A program made the translations under genes and the position numbers. A stretch of DNA of 12,071 nucleotides, from NCBI RefSeq assembly GCF_003334335.1, contig NZ_QOWQ01000062.1. The stretch is one strand, 5' to 3'. Below the pieces are notes generated by a model. The model had not been told where the DNA came from. It searched no databases and worked only from the letters and a program-made list of their open reading frames with translations. The DNA comes from Escherichia coli (lineage in GTDB: Bacteria; Pseudomonadota; Gammaproteobacteria; Enterobacterales; Enterobacteriaceae). This document shows, piece after piece, positions 1-7,003 of this stretch. The number at the start of each line of letters is the position of its first letter. The first letter of the stretch is position 1.

Positions 1-500
1 GCAAATCCGAAGGCCAGACGGGCACACTGAATCATGGCTTTATGCCGTAACATCCGTTTGGGATGCGACTGCCACGGTCCGGTGATTTCTCTGCCTTCGC
101 GGGTTTTGAATGGTTCGCGGCGGCATTCATCCATCCATTCGGTAACGCAGATCGGATGATTACGGTCCTTGCGGTAAATCCGGCATGTACAGGATTCATT
201 GTCCTGCTCAAAGTCCATGCCATCAAACTGCTGGTTTTCATTGATGATGCGGGACCAGCCATCAACGCCCACCACCGGAACGATGCCGTTCTGCTTATCA
301 GGGAAGGCGTAAATTTCTTTCGTCCACGGATTAAGGCCGTACTGGTTGGCGACGATCAACAATGCGATGAACTGCGCATCGCTGGCATCGCCTTTAAATG
401 CCGTCTGGCGAAGAGTGGTGATCAGTTCCTGTGGGTCGACAGAATCCATGCCGACACGTTCAGCCAGCTTCCCTGCCAGCGTTGCGAGTGCTGTACTCAT
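1..500 (-). CDS. bet: Bet (Red-beta) single-strand annealing recombinase, N-terminal ~166 aa; the 3' end runs off the left edge of the window
   Basis: Reverse-strand translation from the ATG at 498-500 gives MSTALATLAGKLAERVGMDSVDPQELITTLRQTAFKGDASDAQFIALLIVANQYGLNPWTKEIYAFPDKQNGIVPVVGVDGW..., which I recognise as lambda Bet. Not listed in the ORF track because it is truncated by the window edge. Confidence 0.9.
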   Translation of the reverse strand, partial: MSTALATLAGKLAERVGMDSVDPQELITTLRQTAFKGDASDAQFIALLIVANQYGLNPWTKEIYAFPDKQNGIVPVVGVDGWSRIINENQQFDGMDFEQDNESCTCRIYRKDRNHPICVTEWMDECRREPFKTREGREITGPWQSHPKRMLRHKAMIQCARLAFGF

Positions 501-505
501 CCGTT

Positions 506-802
506 TTATACCTCTGAATCAATATCAACCTGATGGTGAGCAATGGTTTCAACCATGTACCGGATGTGTTCTGCCATGCGCTCCTGAAACTCAACATCGT
601 CATCAAACGCACGGATAATGGCTTTTTTGCTGGCCCCGTGGCGTTGCAAATGATCGATGCATAGCGATTCAAACAGGTGCTGGGGCAGGCCTTTTTCCAT
701 GTCGTCTGCCAGTTCTGCCTCTTTCTCTTCACGGGCGATCTGCTGGTAGTGACGCGCCCAGCTCTGAGCCTCAAGACGATCCTGAATGTAATAAGCGTTC
801 AT
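506..802 (-). CDS. gam: Gam, host RecBCD nuclease inhibitor (98-aa short form)
   Basis: ORF track protein [60 protein letters not shown]... matches lambda Gam. The upstream in-frame extension seen in lambda is closed here by a TGA, so only the short form is encoded. Confidence 0.9.
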   Translation of the reverse strand: MNAYYIQDRLEAQSWARHYQQIAREEKEAELADDMEKGLPQHLFESLCIDHLQRHGASKKAIIRAFDDDVEFQERMAEHIRYMVETIAHHQVDIDSEV

Positions 803-875
803 GGCTGAACTCCTGAAATAGCTGTGAAAATATCGCCCGCGAAATGCCGGGCTGATTAGGAAAACAGGAAAGGGG

Positions 876-1082
876 TTAGTGATTCAGGCCGTTACCGCGT
901 CCGTCGAGAAAAACTTCCACGAGCAAATCACGGGTATAAGTGCGCTCGATGCCGCGATGCAGATAAAGCCGTCCGCGTAAATTAGCTGATGCAGTCCAGG
1001 TACCATCTTTGTGTTTGACCAGCATTCCTGGCATGACCGCGCCGCGATTAACGGTCTGCGTTCCGTAATGTTGATGAACCAT
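876..1082 (-). CDS. Small protein in the position of lambda kil (possible Kil-like host division inhibitor); alternative start at 1166
   Basis: ORF 876..1166 in the track. The internal ATG at 1080-1082 is preceded by AGGAG with a 5-nt spacer, giving a 68-aa product [29 protein letters not shown].... It lies between gam and the PL region. The functional call is positional only. Confidence 0.4.
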   Translation of the reverse strand: MVHQHYGTQTVNRGAVMPGMLVKHKDGTWTASANLRGRLYLHRGIERTYTRDLLVEVFLDGRGNGLNH

Positions 1083-1355
1083 AAAAACTCCTGCCCGTAA
1101 GCTGGGCTGCTGAACATATAGAGACTTCTGCGCGTATTCAGGCGGTGGATGGCCGCCGGTTGTCATAACTAAGCCGCCTCGTTGAAGCGACTAAGGTATG
1201 AAATGTTGAGTTGATTTCAGCTGGTCACACCGACGTTCACGCGTCCGTTTCACCCCTCGCACTCCCCGAAGCCTGCTGAAATTCAAACTGCGGATCTAAG
1301 CGGTCATCGCAACGGTGAATCAGGTGGTTGCCGTATCGTTGTGTTGTTGCGATGA

Positions 1356-1410
1356 ACCTATTTAAAACTATAGTTGTTTTACCGTCAACAACAAAAGTTG
1401 TTTTATTGGT
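1356..1410 (-). promoter_or_regulatory. OL/PL-like leftward early promoter with overlapping operators
   Basis: On the - strand: TTGACG (rc of 1383-1388), a 17-nt spacer, then TTAAAT (rc of 1360-1365). Operator-like palindromes with AACAAC/GTTGTT half-sites include AAAACTATAGTTGTTTT (about 1364-1380) and AACAACAAAAGTTGTT (1388-1403). A near-identical 17-mer also sits in the OR region (4032-4048). Confidence 0.55.
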
Positions 1411-1524
1411 TGTTTTAGATATAACTGGTTGTATTTAGGATGGATTTATTTTGTGACTTGAATCGCATAGCGATAACTGAAGCGAGGTTATGGTGGTTTT
1501 TTGAGCGGTTTGTGTGATGAGGGG

Positions 1525-1557
1525 AGGCAAAAGAAAACCCGGCACGGTGGCCGGGTT
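1525..1557 (-). terminator. Rho-independent terminator ending the cI-led operon (equivalent of lambda tImm)
   Basis: Stem CCCGGC (1538-1543) / GCCGGG (1550-1555) with a 6-nt loop. On the - strand the hairpin is followed by TTTTCTTTTG. It lies 35 nt downstream of the stop of the 1591..2418 gene. Confidence 0.7.
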
Positions 1558-1590
1558 ATTAATAAGGAATATCACATACAAAAATAAATT

Positions 1591-2418
1591 TTAAACTTGG
1601 GGAAGTATTTTTTTTGCAAAATCAATAGTTTCTTTGTGGTTGGATGCAGGTATATGATTTATTTTCTTAGCATCCATAGTTCTCTTTATGATGTCAATAA
1701 CTTTGCTTTGGCCTGAGTTTGGTGATTCAGGAGTTTCAATTGTGAATAAAATGTCATCAAGTGAAAGCAGGTTTTCTTCTGCTGCTCGAGTTATTCTCAT
1801 CACCCAAGTATCACTATGCTCCATCATTTTTCCTGGTTCAGCTTGAGTGAATGCCAGAGGTTTGATGGCACATTGGATCCTGTCATGCTTCTTGGCGACC
1901 AATGGCATTGAGAACTTTGCGAAATACCCATCAATGGTTGCTTGTTTGAAGACGTTCTTCAATCCATCTATTCTATCTATACTTCGTTTTAGCTCTCTGG
2001 CTAGAACATCTTCACGGCGCTCTTTTGTGTAGTCAGAGTGGTTTACATATTTATTGTAAATGCGGGCCAGCTCTTCTTTTGGGTTTTCGCTGAGAATCAC
2101 TCTCGTAGAACTGAACTGAAAAATTGATTCTTTTTTGTTTGTAAAATATCTGAAGAATTGTGCAAGTTGTTGATGTCCAACAATCTGGGTCGCATGCATT
2201 TTTGCGAACTGTAGTTCTCTTTGTATTGAGTCTTTTGCTACAGGGAAAATACAATCATCATGGAAAAAATTCTTTACACGAGAGTCATTTCGCTTTGTGA
2301 GCTGGAAATCAAAGTAATTTTCTTTTGGCGCGCACAGAAGTACGCCTATGTTTGCGAACTCTTCAGTCTCCGCATAAGGCGCATAGCGAACGATGCTATA
2401 TAGGCATGGAGTTGTCAT
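1591..2418 (-). CDS. DUF3037-like protein of unknown function, second gene of the rex-position cassette
   Basis: ORF track 1591..2433 begins at a TTG. The first ATG (2416-2418) overlaps the upstream gene's TGA (ATGA overlap) and is preceded by GGAG. The N-terminal motif CLYSIVRYAPYAETEEFANIGVLL resembles the DUF3037 signature as I remember it. Visibly AT-rich compared with flanking phage core genes. Confidence 0.5.
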   Translation of the reverse strand: MTTPCLYSIVRYAPYAETEEFANIGVLLCAPKENYFDFQLTKRNDSRVKNFFHDDCIFPVAKDSIQRELQFAKMHATQIVGHQQLAQFFRYFTNKKESIFQFSSTRVILSENPKEELARIYNKYVNHSDYTKERREDVLARELKRSIDRIDGLKNVFKQATIDGYFAKFSMPLVAKKHDRIQCAIKPLAFTQAEPGKMMEHSDTWVMRITRAAEENLLSLDDILFTIETPESPNSGQSKVIDIIKRTMDAKKINHIPASNHKETIDFAKKILPQV

Positions 2419-3164
2419 TCTATTGCGCTCCAAAATTCATCACAATCACCTTTGTCTAGCGTAGTGCAGACAAAAGGTAAAAACTCCTCATCTACTATCC
2501 ACTCTTCTGGAATTTCGTCAAGGATAGCAGGAAGCTTGTGTAAACTGTTAACGACCCTCTGGCGGTACTCTACGCGATCCACTAAATCATATTGCCATTT
2601 GCGGTTACCAGGGCCGTACACGTGCACAGAAAAATCTTCAGGTCCAGCATTCTGATCAAATGAGAGATTATGGTCAATCAGATAATACTTATCGTTACTG
2701 ATGTCATAAAGGATGTTAACGTTTCCACCTTTGTCAGTAAGCGTTCTGTCTGCATTTAATATCCATTTATCAAAAACATAGATTAATTTTTGCTGTTCGA
2801 CTGGGATGATCGTTTCGTTTCTTGACTGCGTAAACGTTAACGCTATTGCACCGTCAATGAACAATGAAGCAAAGGCATATCCTGTACAAATTTGTTGCTG
2901 CAGATCAGGTGAGTACTCTATAAGTTCCTCTGGCACAAATACGATTTTAAAGTCAGGTAAAGGAAGGCCGATATCATTAGCCAAACACGCCGAAATGAAC
3001 TCAGCTAAGAGATTTTTCGGGGGCATTGATGGTTTTGACTTCAAAACATACAACTGCCCATCATCACATTTGCAAAGAAATGGCTGAGTGGAACCTTCAT
3101 TGATGCGACGTATTACTTCAACGACATTAGGTATTGCACTATTGCTGCTCGCTACGCACTCCAT
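2415..3164 (-). CDS. HipA-like kinase-fold protein (putative Ser/Thr kinase), first gene of the rex-position cassette
   Basis: ORF track 2415..3167 begins at a GTG; the adjacent ATG at 3162-3164 has an AAGGGT Shine-Dalgarno. The motif FDKWILNADRTLTDKGGNVNIL resembles the HipA-family catalytic loop (h-h-N-x-D-x-H/R ... N), and LIDHNLSF could be the DFG-equivalent metal-binding motif. The family call is from memory, not a search. Confidence 0.45.
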   Translation of the reverse strand: MECVASSNSAIPNVVEVIRRINEGSTQPFLCKCDDGQLYVLKSKPSMPPKNLLAEFISACLANDIGLPLPDFKIVFVPEELIEYSPDLQQQICTGYAFASLFIDGAIALTFTQSRNETIIPVEQQKLIYVFDKWILNADRTLTDKGGNVNILYDISNDKYYLIDHNLSFDQNAGPEDFSVHVYGPGNRKWQYDLVDRVEYRQRVVNSLHKLPAILDEIPEEWIVDEEFLPFVCTTLDKGDCDEFWSAIE

Positions 3165-3286
3165 CACTAACCCTTATGTGATTCAAGTCTTCCATCTCAT
3201 TACTCCGCATCTCAAAGAGCGGTTTAACACTGCGTGTTTAAAGAAAAACAACAGGCCTATTGCTGTAACTGTTTTTTAGCCTCACT

Positions 3287-3976
3287 TTAACCATGCTTCC
3301 TATATGTCTGCGGCATGCTCCCAATAACCTTACCGAAGATGAACACCCGGTTCATCTCGTCTTTCTCGATCGGGTCCCACGGTGAGTAGCTTTTGTTATC
3401 AGAGATGACCAGCAGCTTATCCTTCATCATTTGCAGGCGCTTTACATGGGCTGTGTCGTCGTACAGAAACGCATAGATACCATCACCGTCGAAAGATTTA
3501 ACTGTGATATCAACGAACAGCAGATCACCTGGTTCGATCGTTCCTGACATGCTGTCACCACGCACGTTAATGATGCGGATATTTTCCGCCTTCCTACCAT
3601 CGAACATGTGACGAGCATCGTCAAACGAGTACTCAACCGAGCGTAGAACTTCTACAAACTCACGGTTGATGACTCCCGGCCCAGCACTGACTTCTATATC
3701 AAGAACGTCAATCTTGAAGTATTTGGAATGGCTGACAGTTGATTGTATTGGTTGCACTGTACTGTCTGACATATTTCCAACGCCAGAAGATAACCATTCT
3801 GCGCGCACACCCAAAGCGTTCGCGATCTCCACGATTTTAGTTGTTTGATTAGCTTTCCCTGTTTCGATTTTCTGAATAGCAGCTTGGCTAACCCCGACCA
3901 AATCCCCAAGCGCCTTTTGTGTAAGGCCTCGCGCTAATCTGGCTTCTTTAAGTCTTTCTGAGAGTGTTGTTTTCAT
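3287..3976 (-). CDS. cI: CI-type prophage repressor: N-terminal HTH (XRE family) plus C-terminal S24 LexA-like autopeptidase domain
   Basis: Translation from the internal ATG: MKTTLSERLKEARLARGLTQKALGDLVGVSQAAIQKIETGK (HTH), then GDSMSGT (Ser nucleophile motif) and AHVKRL (catalytic Lys). The ORF track's 22-codon upstream extension is unlikely. No Shine-Dalgarno precedes the ATG, which fits a leaderless PRM transcript as in lambda. Confidence 0.85.
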   Translation of the reverse strand: MKTTLSERLKEARLARGLTQKALGDLVGVSQAAIQKIETGKANQTTKIVEIANALGVRAEWLSSGVGNMSDSTVQPIQSTVSHSKYFKIDVLDIEVSAGPGVINREFVEVLRSVEYSFDDARHMFDGRKAENIRIINVRGDSMSGTIEPGDLLFVDITVKSFDGDGIYAFLYDDTAHVKRLQMMKDKLLVISDNKSYSPWDPIEKDEMNRVFIFGKVIGSMPQTYRKHG

Positions 3977-4080
3977 AGTCCAAATGTACAACCAAGGTTT
4001 TATTCCATCAAACGAAAATGGTTGTTGACTAAAAACAACCATAGTTTTAATCTTGATTCAAATTAACCACGGAGGTTGTT
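3977..4080. promoter_or_regulatory. OR region with divergent PRM (leftward, cI) and PR (rightward, cro) promoters and operators
   Basis: PR candidate on +: TTGACT (4025-4030), 17-nt spacer, TAATCT (4048-4053). PRM candidate on -: TTGATG, 17 nt, TACATT ending about 6 nt before the cI ATG. Operator-like repeats: 17-mer AAAACAACCATAGTTTT (4032-4048) and inverted repeat GGTTGTT...AACAACC (4020-4040). Confidence 0.6.
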
Positions 4081-4311
4081 ATGAACCCAGCTATCAAAAC
4101 AGCGATCAATATCGTTGGTTCACAAAAGAAACTGGGCGCTGCTTGCGAAGTTTCACAGCAGGCCGTCTATAAGTGGCTTCACAACAAAGCAAAGGTATCC
4201 CCTGAACATGTCGGCAGCATTGTTACGGCTACTGGTGGAGTAGTGAAGGCATACCAGATTCGCCCGGATCTTCCGAAGTTGTTTCCACACACCGAAAAGA
4301 ACGCAGCTTAA
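4081..4311 (+). CDS. cro: Cro-like small HTH regulator (YdaS/Cro family)
   Basis: 76-aa ORF immediately rightward of the OR region, with GGAGG Shine-Dalgarno. Sequence MNPAIKTAINIVGSQKKLGAACEVSQQAVYKWLHNKAKVSPEHV has a Cro/YdaS-type HTH. Divergent from cI. Confidence 0.75.
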   Translation: MNPAIKTAINIVGSQKKLGAACEVSQQAVYKWLHNKAKVSPEHVGSIVTATGGVVKAYQIRPDLPKLFPHTEKNAA

Positions 4312-4380
4312 ATTTCCATTTCACGCTCTTTAACAATAAGCAATCAACTTAACAGTCAATTCAAACTAAAGGAGTCAATT

Positions 4381-4920
4381 ATGCAACCACTTACATACCA
4401 ACAGACTAGCGGATTTAGCCCGACTGCGGTGATAAATCGTTCTCAAACAAAACAGGTGCCAGGCCACGAAAAAATCCGTGATGCCGTCCGCGCTTGGTCG
4501 GCTGAAGATAATCAGGATGTCGTTGCCACACTCATTGTGAATGAGTATCGGGAGCAGGGCGGCGGCACCATCGATTTCCCTGATGATGTCAGCCGTGCAC
4601 GCCAGAAGCTGTTCCGCTTCCTCGATAACAAATTCGATTCTGAAAAATACCGAAATAACGTGCGTGAACTGACCCCGGCAATTCTGGCGGTACTACCGCT
4701 GGAATATCGCGGTTACCTGGTTGAGCAGGATAGCTTCATGGCTAGGTTGGCTGAAATGGAAAAGGAACTCAGTGAGGCAAAACAGGCTGTCATTCTCAAC
4801 GCACCACGCCACCAGAAACTGAAGGAAATTAGTGAAGGTATTGTGTCGATGTTTCGTGTGGACCCAGATCTGGCTGGTCCATTGATGGCGATGGTTACTA
4901 CCATGCTGGGGGCGATATGA
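4381..4920 (+). CDS. CII-like regulatory protein (YdaT/CII functional-equivalent family), inferred mainly from position
   Basis: 179-aa ORF directly after cro with AAGGAG Shine-Dalgarno. Its 3' end overlaps the next ORF. Position and pairing with a YdaS-like cro suggest the YdaT-type CII equivalent; the sequence itself was not matched to a remembered reference. Confidence 0.45.
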   Translation: MQPLTYQQTSGFSPTAVINRSQTKQVPGHEKIRDAVRAWSAEDNQDVVATLIVNEYREQGGGTIDFPDDVSRARQKLFRFLDNKFDSEKYRNNVRELTPAILAVLPLEYRGYLVEQDSFMARLAEMEKELSEAKQAVILNAPRHQKLKEISEGIVSMFRVDPDLAGPLMAMVTTMLGAI

Positions 4921-5006
4921 CAGGTTCAGAAATGGCGAAAGCCGGTCTGCTGGAACAGAACCGACTTTCAGGTGCAAATCGTAACACACTCATTGCGGGA
5001 GGAATT

Positions 5007-5936
5007 ATGGCAAACACTGCTGAGATATTCAATTTTCCAGTGCCGGATGCGGCACAAAAGGAGCCGCGCGTGGCAGATCTCGATGATGGTTATACGCGCA
5101 TTGCAAATGAGTTGCTGGAAGCTGTGATGCTGGCCGGATTAACACAGCACCAGCTTCTGGTCTTCCTGGCTGTCATGCGCAAAACATATGGCTTTAATAA
5201 AAAACTGGATTGGGTGAGCAACGAGCAACTTTCCGAGTTAACCGGGATATTGCCGCACAAGTGTTCTGCTGCAAAAAGCGTTCTGGTAAAGCGTGGGATT
5301 TTTATTCAGAGTGGGCGGAATATCGGCATTAATAATGTGGTCAGTGAATGGTCAACATTACCCGAATCAGGTAAGAAAAATAAAGTTTACCTGAAAGAGG
5401 TAAATTTACCTGAATCAGGTAAGAAAAGTTTACCCAAATCAGGTAAAGGCGTTTACCCGAATCAGGTAAACACAAAAGACAAACTAACAAAAGACAATAT
5501 AAAACCTTTTTCGTCCGAGAATTCTGGCGAATCCTCTGACCAGCCAGAAAACGACTTTCCTTTGGAGAAACTGGATGCTGCAATTCAGAGCGGCAGCAAG
5601 TGGGGGACAGCAGAAGACCTGACCGCCGCAGAGTGGATGTTTGACATGGTGAAGACCATCGCGCCCTCAGCCAGAAAACCGAATTTTGCAGGGTGGGCTA
5701 ACGATATCCGCCTGATGCGTGAACGTGACGGACGTAACCACCGCGACATGTGCGTGCTGTTCCGCTGGGCATGCCAGGACAACTTCTGGTCCGGTAACGT
5801 GCTGAGCCCGGCTAAACTTCGCGACAAGTGGACCCAGCTCGAAATCAATCGTAACAAACAACAGGCTGGCGTGACAGCCGGAAAACCAAAACTCGACCTG
5901 ACAAACACTGACTGGATTTACGGGGTGGATTTATGA
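5007..5936 (+). CDS. O: Replication initiator O (mosaic: divergent N-terminal iteron-binding domain, lambda-type C-terminus)
   Basis: From the internal ATG at 5007 (GGGAGG Shine-Dalgarno): MANTAEIFNFPVP...VADLDDGYTRIANELLEA...RKTYGFNKKLDWVSNEQLSELTG aligns with lambda O. The C-terminus ...DNFWSGNVLSPAKLRDKWTQLEINRNKQQAGVTAGKPKLDLTNTDWIYGVDL is near-identical to lambda O. The track's upstream start at 4917 is probably an artefact. Confidence 0.9.
   Translation: MANTAEIFNFPVPDAAQKEPRVADLDDGYTRIANELLEAVMLAGLTQHQLLVFLAVMRKTYGFNKKLDWVSNEQLSELTGILPHKCSAAKSVLVKRGIFIQSGRNIGINNVVSEWSTLPESGKKNKVYLKEVNLPESGKKSLPKSGKGVYPNQVNTKDKLTKDNIKPFSSENSGESSDQPENDFPLEKLDAAIQSGSKWGTAEDLTAAEWMFDMVKTIAPSARKPNFAGWANDIRLMRERDGRNHRDMCVLFRWACQDNFWSGNVLSPAKLRDKWTQLEINRNKQQAGVTAGKPKLDLTNTDWIYGVDL
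5356..5510. repeat. Replication origin inside O: about five palindromic iterons followed by an AT-rich stretch
   Basis: Repeats of TTTACC-N6-AGGTAA at about 5359-5375, 5386-5403 (degenerate), 5405-5423, 5428-5446 and 5452-5470, each with internal dyad symmetry (TTACC/GGTAA), then AT-rich 5471-5510. This is the lambda-type ori architecture. Confidence 0.85.
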
Positions 5937-6634
5937 AAAACATCGCCGCACAGATGGTTAACTTTGACCGTGAGCAGATGCGCCGGATCGCCAACAACAT
6001 GCCGGAACAGTACGACGAAAAGCCGCAGGTACAGCAGGTAGCGCAGATCATCAATGGTGTGTTCAGCCAGTTACTGGCAACTTTCCCGGCGAGCCTGGCT
6101 AACCGGGACCAGAACGAACTGAACGAAATCCGCCGCCAGTGGGTTCTGGCTTTCCGGGAAAACGGGATCACCACAATGGAACAGGTTAACGCAGGAATGC
6201 GCGTAGCCCGTCGGCAGAATCGACCATTCCTGCCATCACCCGGGCAGTTTGTAGCCTGGTGCCGGGAAGAAGCATCCGTTATTGCCGGACTACCAAACAC
6301 CAGCGAGCTGGTTGATATGGTTTACGAGTATTGCCGGAAGCGTGGCCTGTATCCAGATGCAGAGTCTTATCCATGGAAATCAAACGCGCACTACTGGTTG
6401 GTTACCAACCTGTACCAGAATATGCGGGCCAATGCGTTGACTGACGCGGAATTACGGCGCAAGGCTGCCGATGAACTGTCCTGTATGAACGCGCGAATTA
6501 ACCGTGGTGAGGCTATACCTGAACCAGTAAAACAACTTCCTGTCATGGGCGGTAGACCTCTAAATCGTGCACAGGCTTTGGCGAAGATCGCAGAAATCAA
6601 AGCTAAGTTCGGACTGAAAGGAGCAAGTGTATGA
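5933..6634 (+). CDS. P: Replication protein P (DnaB helicase loader)
   Basis: MKNIAAQMVNFDREQMRRIANNMPEQYDEKPQVQQVAQIINGVFSQLLATFPASLANRDQNE... is near-identical to lambda P. ATGA overlap with the O stop. Confidence 0.95.
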   Translation: MKNIAAQMVNFDREQMRRIANNMPEQYDEKPQVQQVAQIINGVFSQLLATFPASLANRDQNELNEIRRQWVLAFRENGITTMEQVNAGMRVARRQNRPFLPSPGQFVAWCREEASVIAGLPNTSELVDMVYEYCRKRGLYPDAESYPWKSNAHYWLVTNLYQNMRANALTDAELRRKAADELSCMNARINRGEAIPEPVKQLPVMGGRPLNRAQALAKIAEIKAKFGLKGASV

Positions 6635-6924
6635 CGGGCAAAGAGGCAATTATTTATTACCTGGGGACGCATAAGAGCTTCTGTGCGCAGGACGTTACCG
6701 CGGTAACAGGCGCAACAGTAACCAGCATAAATCAGGCTGCGGCTAAAATGGCGCGGGCAGGAATCCTGGTCATTGATGGTAAGGTCTGGCGAACGGTGTA
6801 TTACCGGTTCGCTACCAGAGAAGAACGGGAAGGAAAGGTGAGCACGAATCTGATTTTTAAGGAGTGTCGCCAGAGTGCCGCGATGAAGCGGGTGTTGGCG
6901 ATATATGGGAGGACTACAGCATAA
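6631..6924 (+). CDS. ren: Ren
   Basis: MTGKEAIIYYLGTHKSFCAQDVTAVTGATVTSINQAAAKMARAGILVIDGKVWRTVYYRFATREEREGK... matches lambda Ren. Confidence 0.9.
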   Translation: MTGKEAIIYYLGTHKSFCAQDVTAVTGATVTSINQAAAKMARAGILVIDGKVWRTVYYRFATREEREGKVSTNLIFKECRQSAAMKRVLAIYGRTTA

Positions 6925-7003
6925 GCATAACTTATGGATTATATGGAAAACTGGTAATTATGCTCTTTTCTTATGAAAATAAAGAGAAGTTTTCGCTGGC
7001 GTT

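Noticed and set aside
32-774. ORF-track frames 32..265 (-), 63..533 (+), 346..618 (+) and 460..774 (-)
   Set aside because: They overlap bet and gam, whose translations match lambda Bet and Gam closely; these are alternative or antisense frames of real genes.
884-1117. 77-aa ORF on the - strand in another frame of the kil-position gene
   Set aside because: Alternative frame of the same region; the AGGAG-preceded frame is preferred and this product looks low-complexity.
1167-1355. Search for N or cIII homologues between the kil-position gene and PL
   Set aside because: No ORF on either strand resembles lambda N or cIII; the longest - strand frame is about 20 codons. Treated as an untranslated leader.
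1847-2254. ORFs 1847..2032 (+) and 2051..2254 (-) inside the DUF3037-like gene
   Set aside because: Embedded in or antisense to a longer, better-supported ORF with coupled start.
2452-3279. + strand ORFs 2452..2655, 2806..3087 and 3088..3279
   Set aside because: Antisense to the kinase-like gene or in its upstream intergenic region; no ribosome-binding sites, and the - strand genes form a coherent operon.
3241-3280. Possible + strand terminator (AACAG...CTGTT followed by TTTTTT) between cI and the kinase-like gene
   Set aside because: No upstream + strand gene to terminate, and on the - strand it lies within the operon without a downstream U-run; probably incidental.
3442-3909. ORFs 3442..3636 (-), 3666..3848 (+) and 3694..3909 (-) within cI
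   Set aside because: Alternative or antisense frames within the well-supported repressor gene.
4693-4989. - strand ORFs 4693..4989 and 4713..4904
   Set aside because: Antisense to the CII-like gene and the O leader; the rightward operon organisation is clear.
5356-5470. Tandem repeats that could be mistaken for a CRISPR array
   Set aside because: The repeats are inside the O gene, lack unique spacers, are themselves palindromic and are followed by an AT-rich stretch; this is the replication origin.
5341-6672. - strand ORFs 5341..5583, 5585..5908, 5667..5861, 5845..6300 and 6391..6672
   Set aside because: Antisense to O and P, which match lambda proteins.
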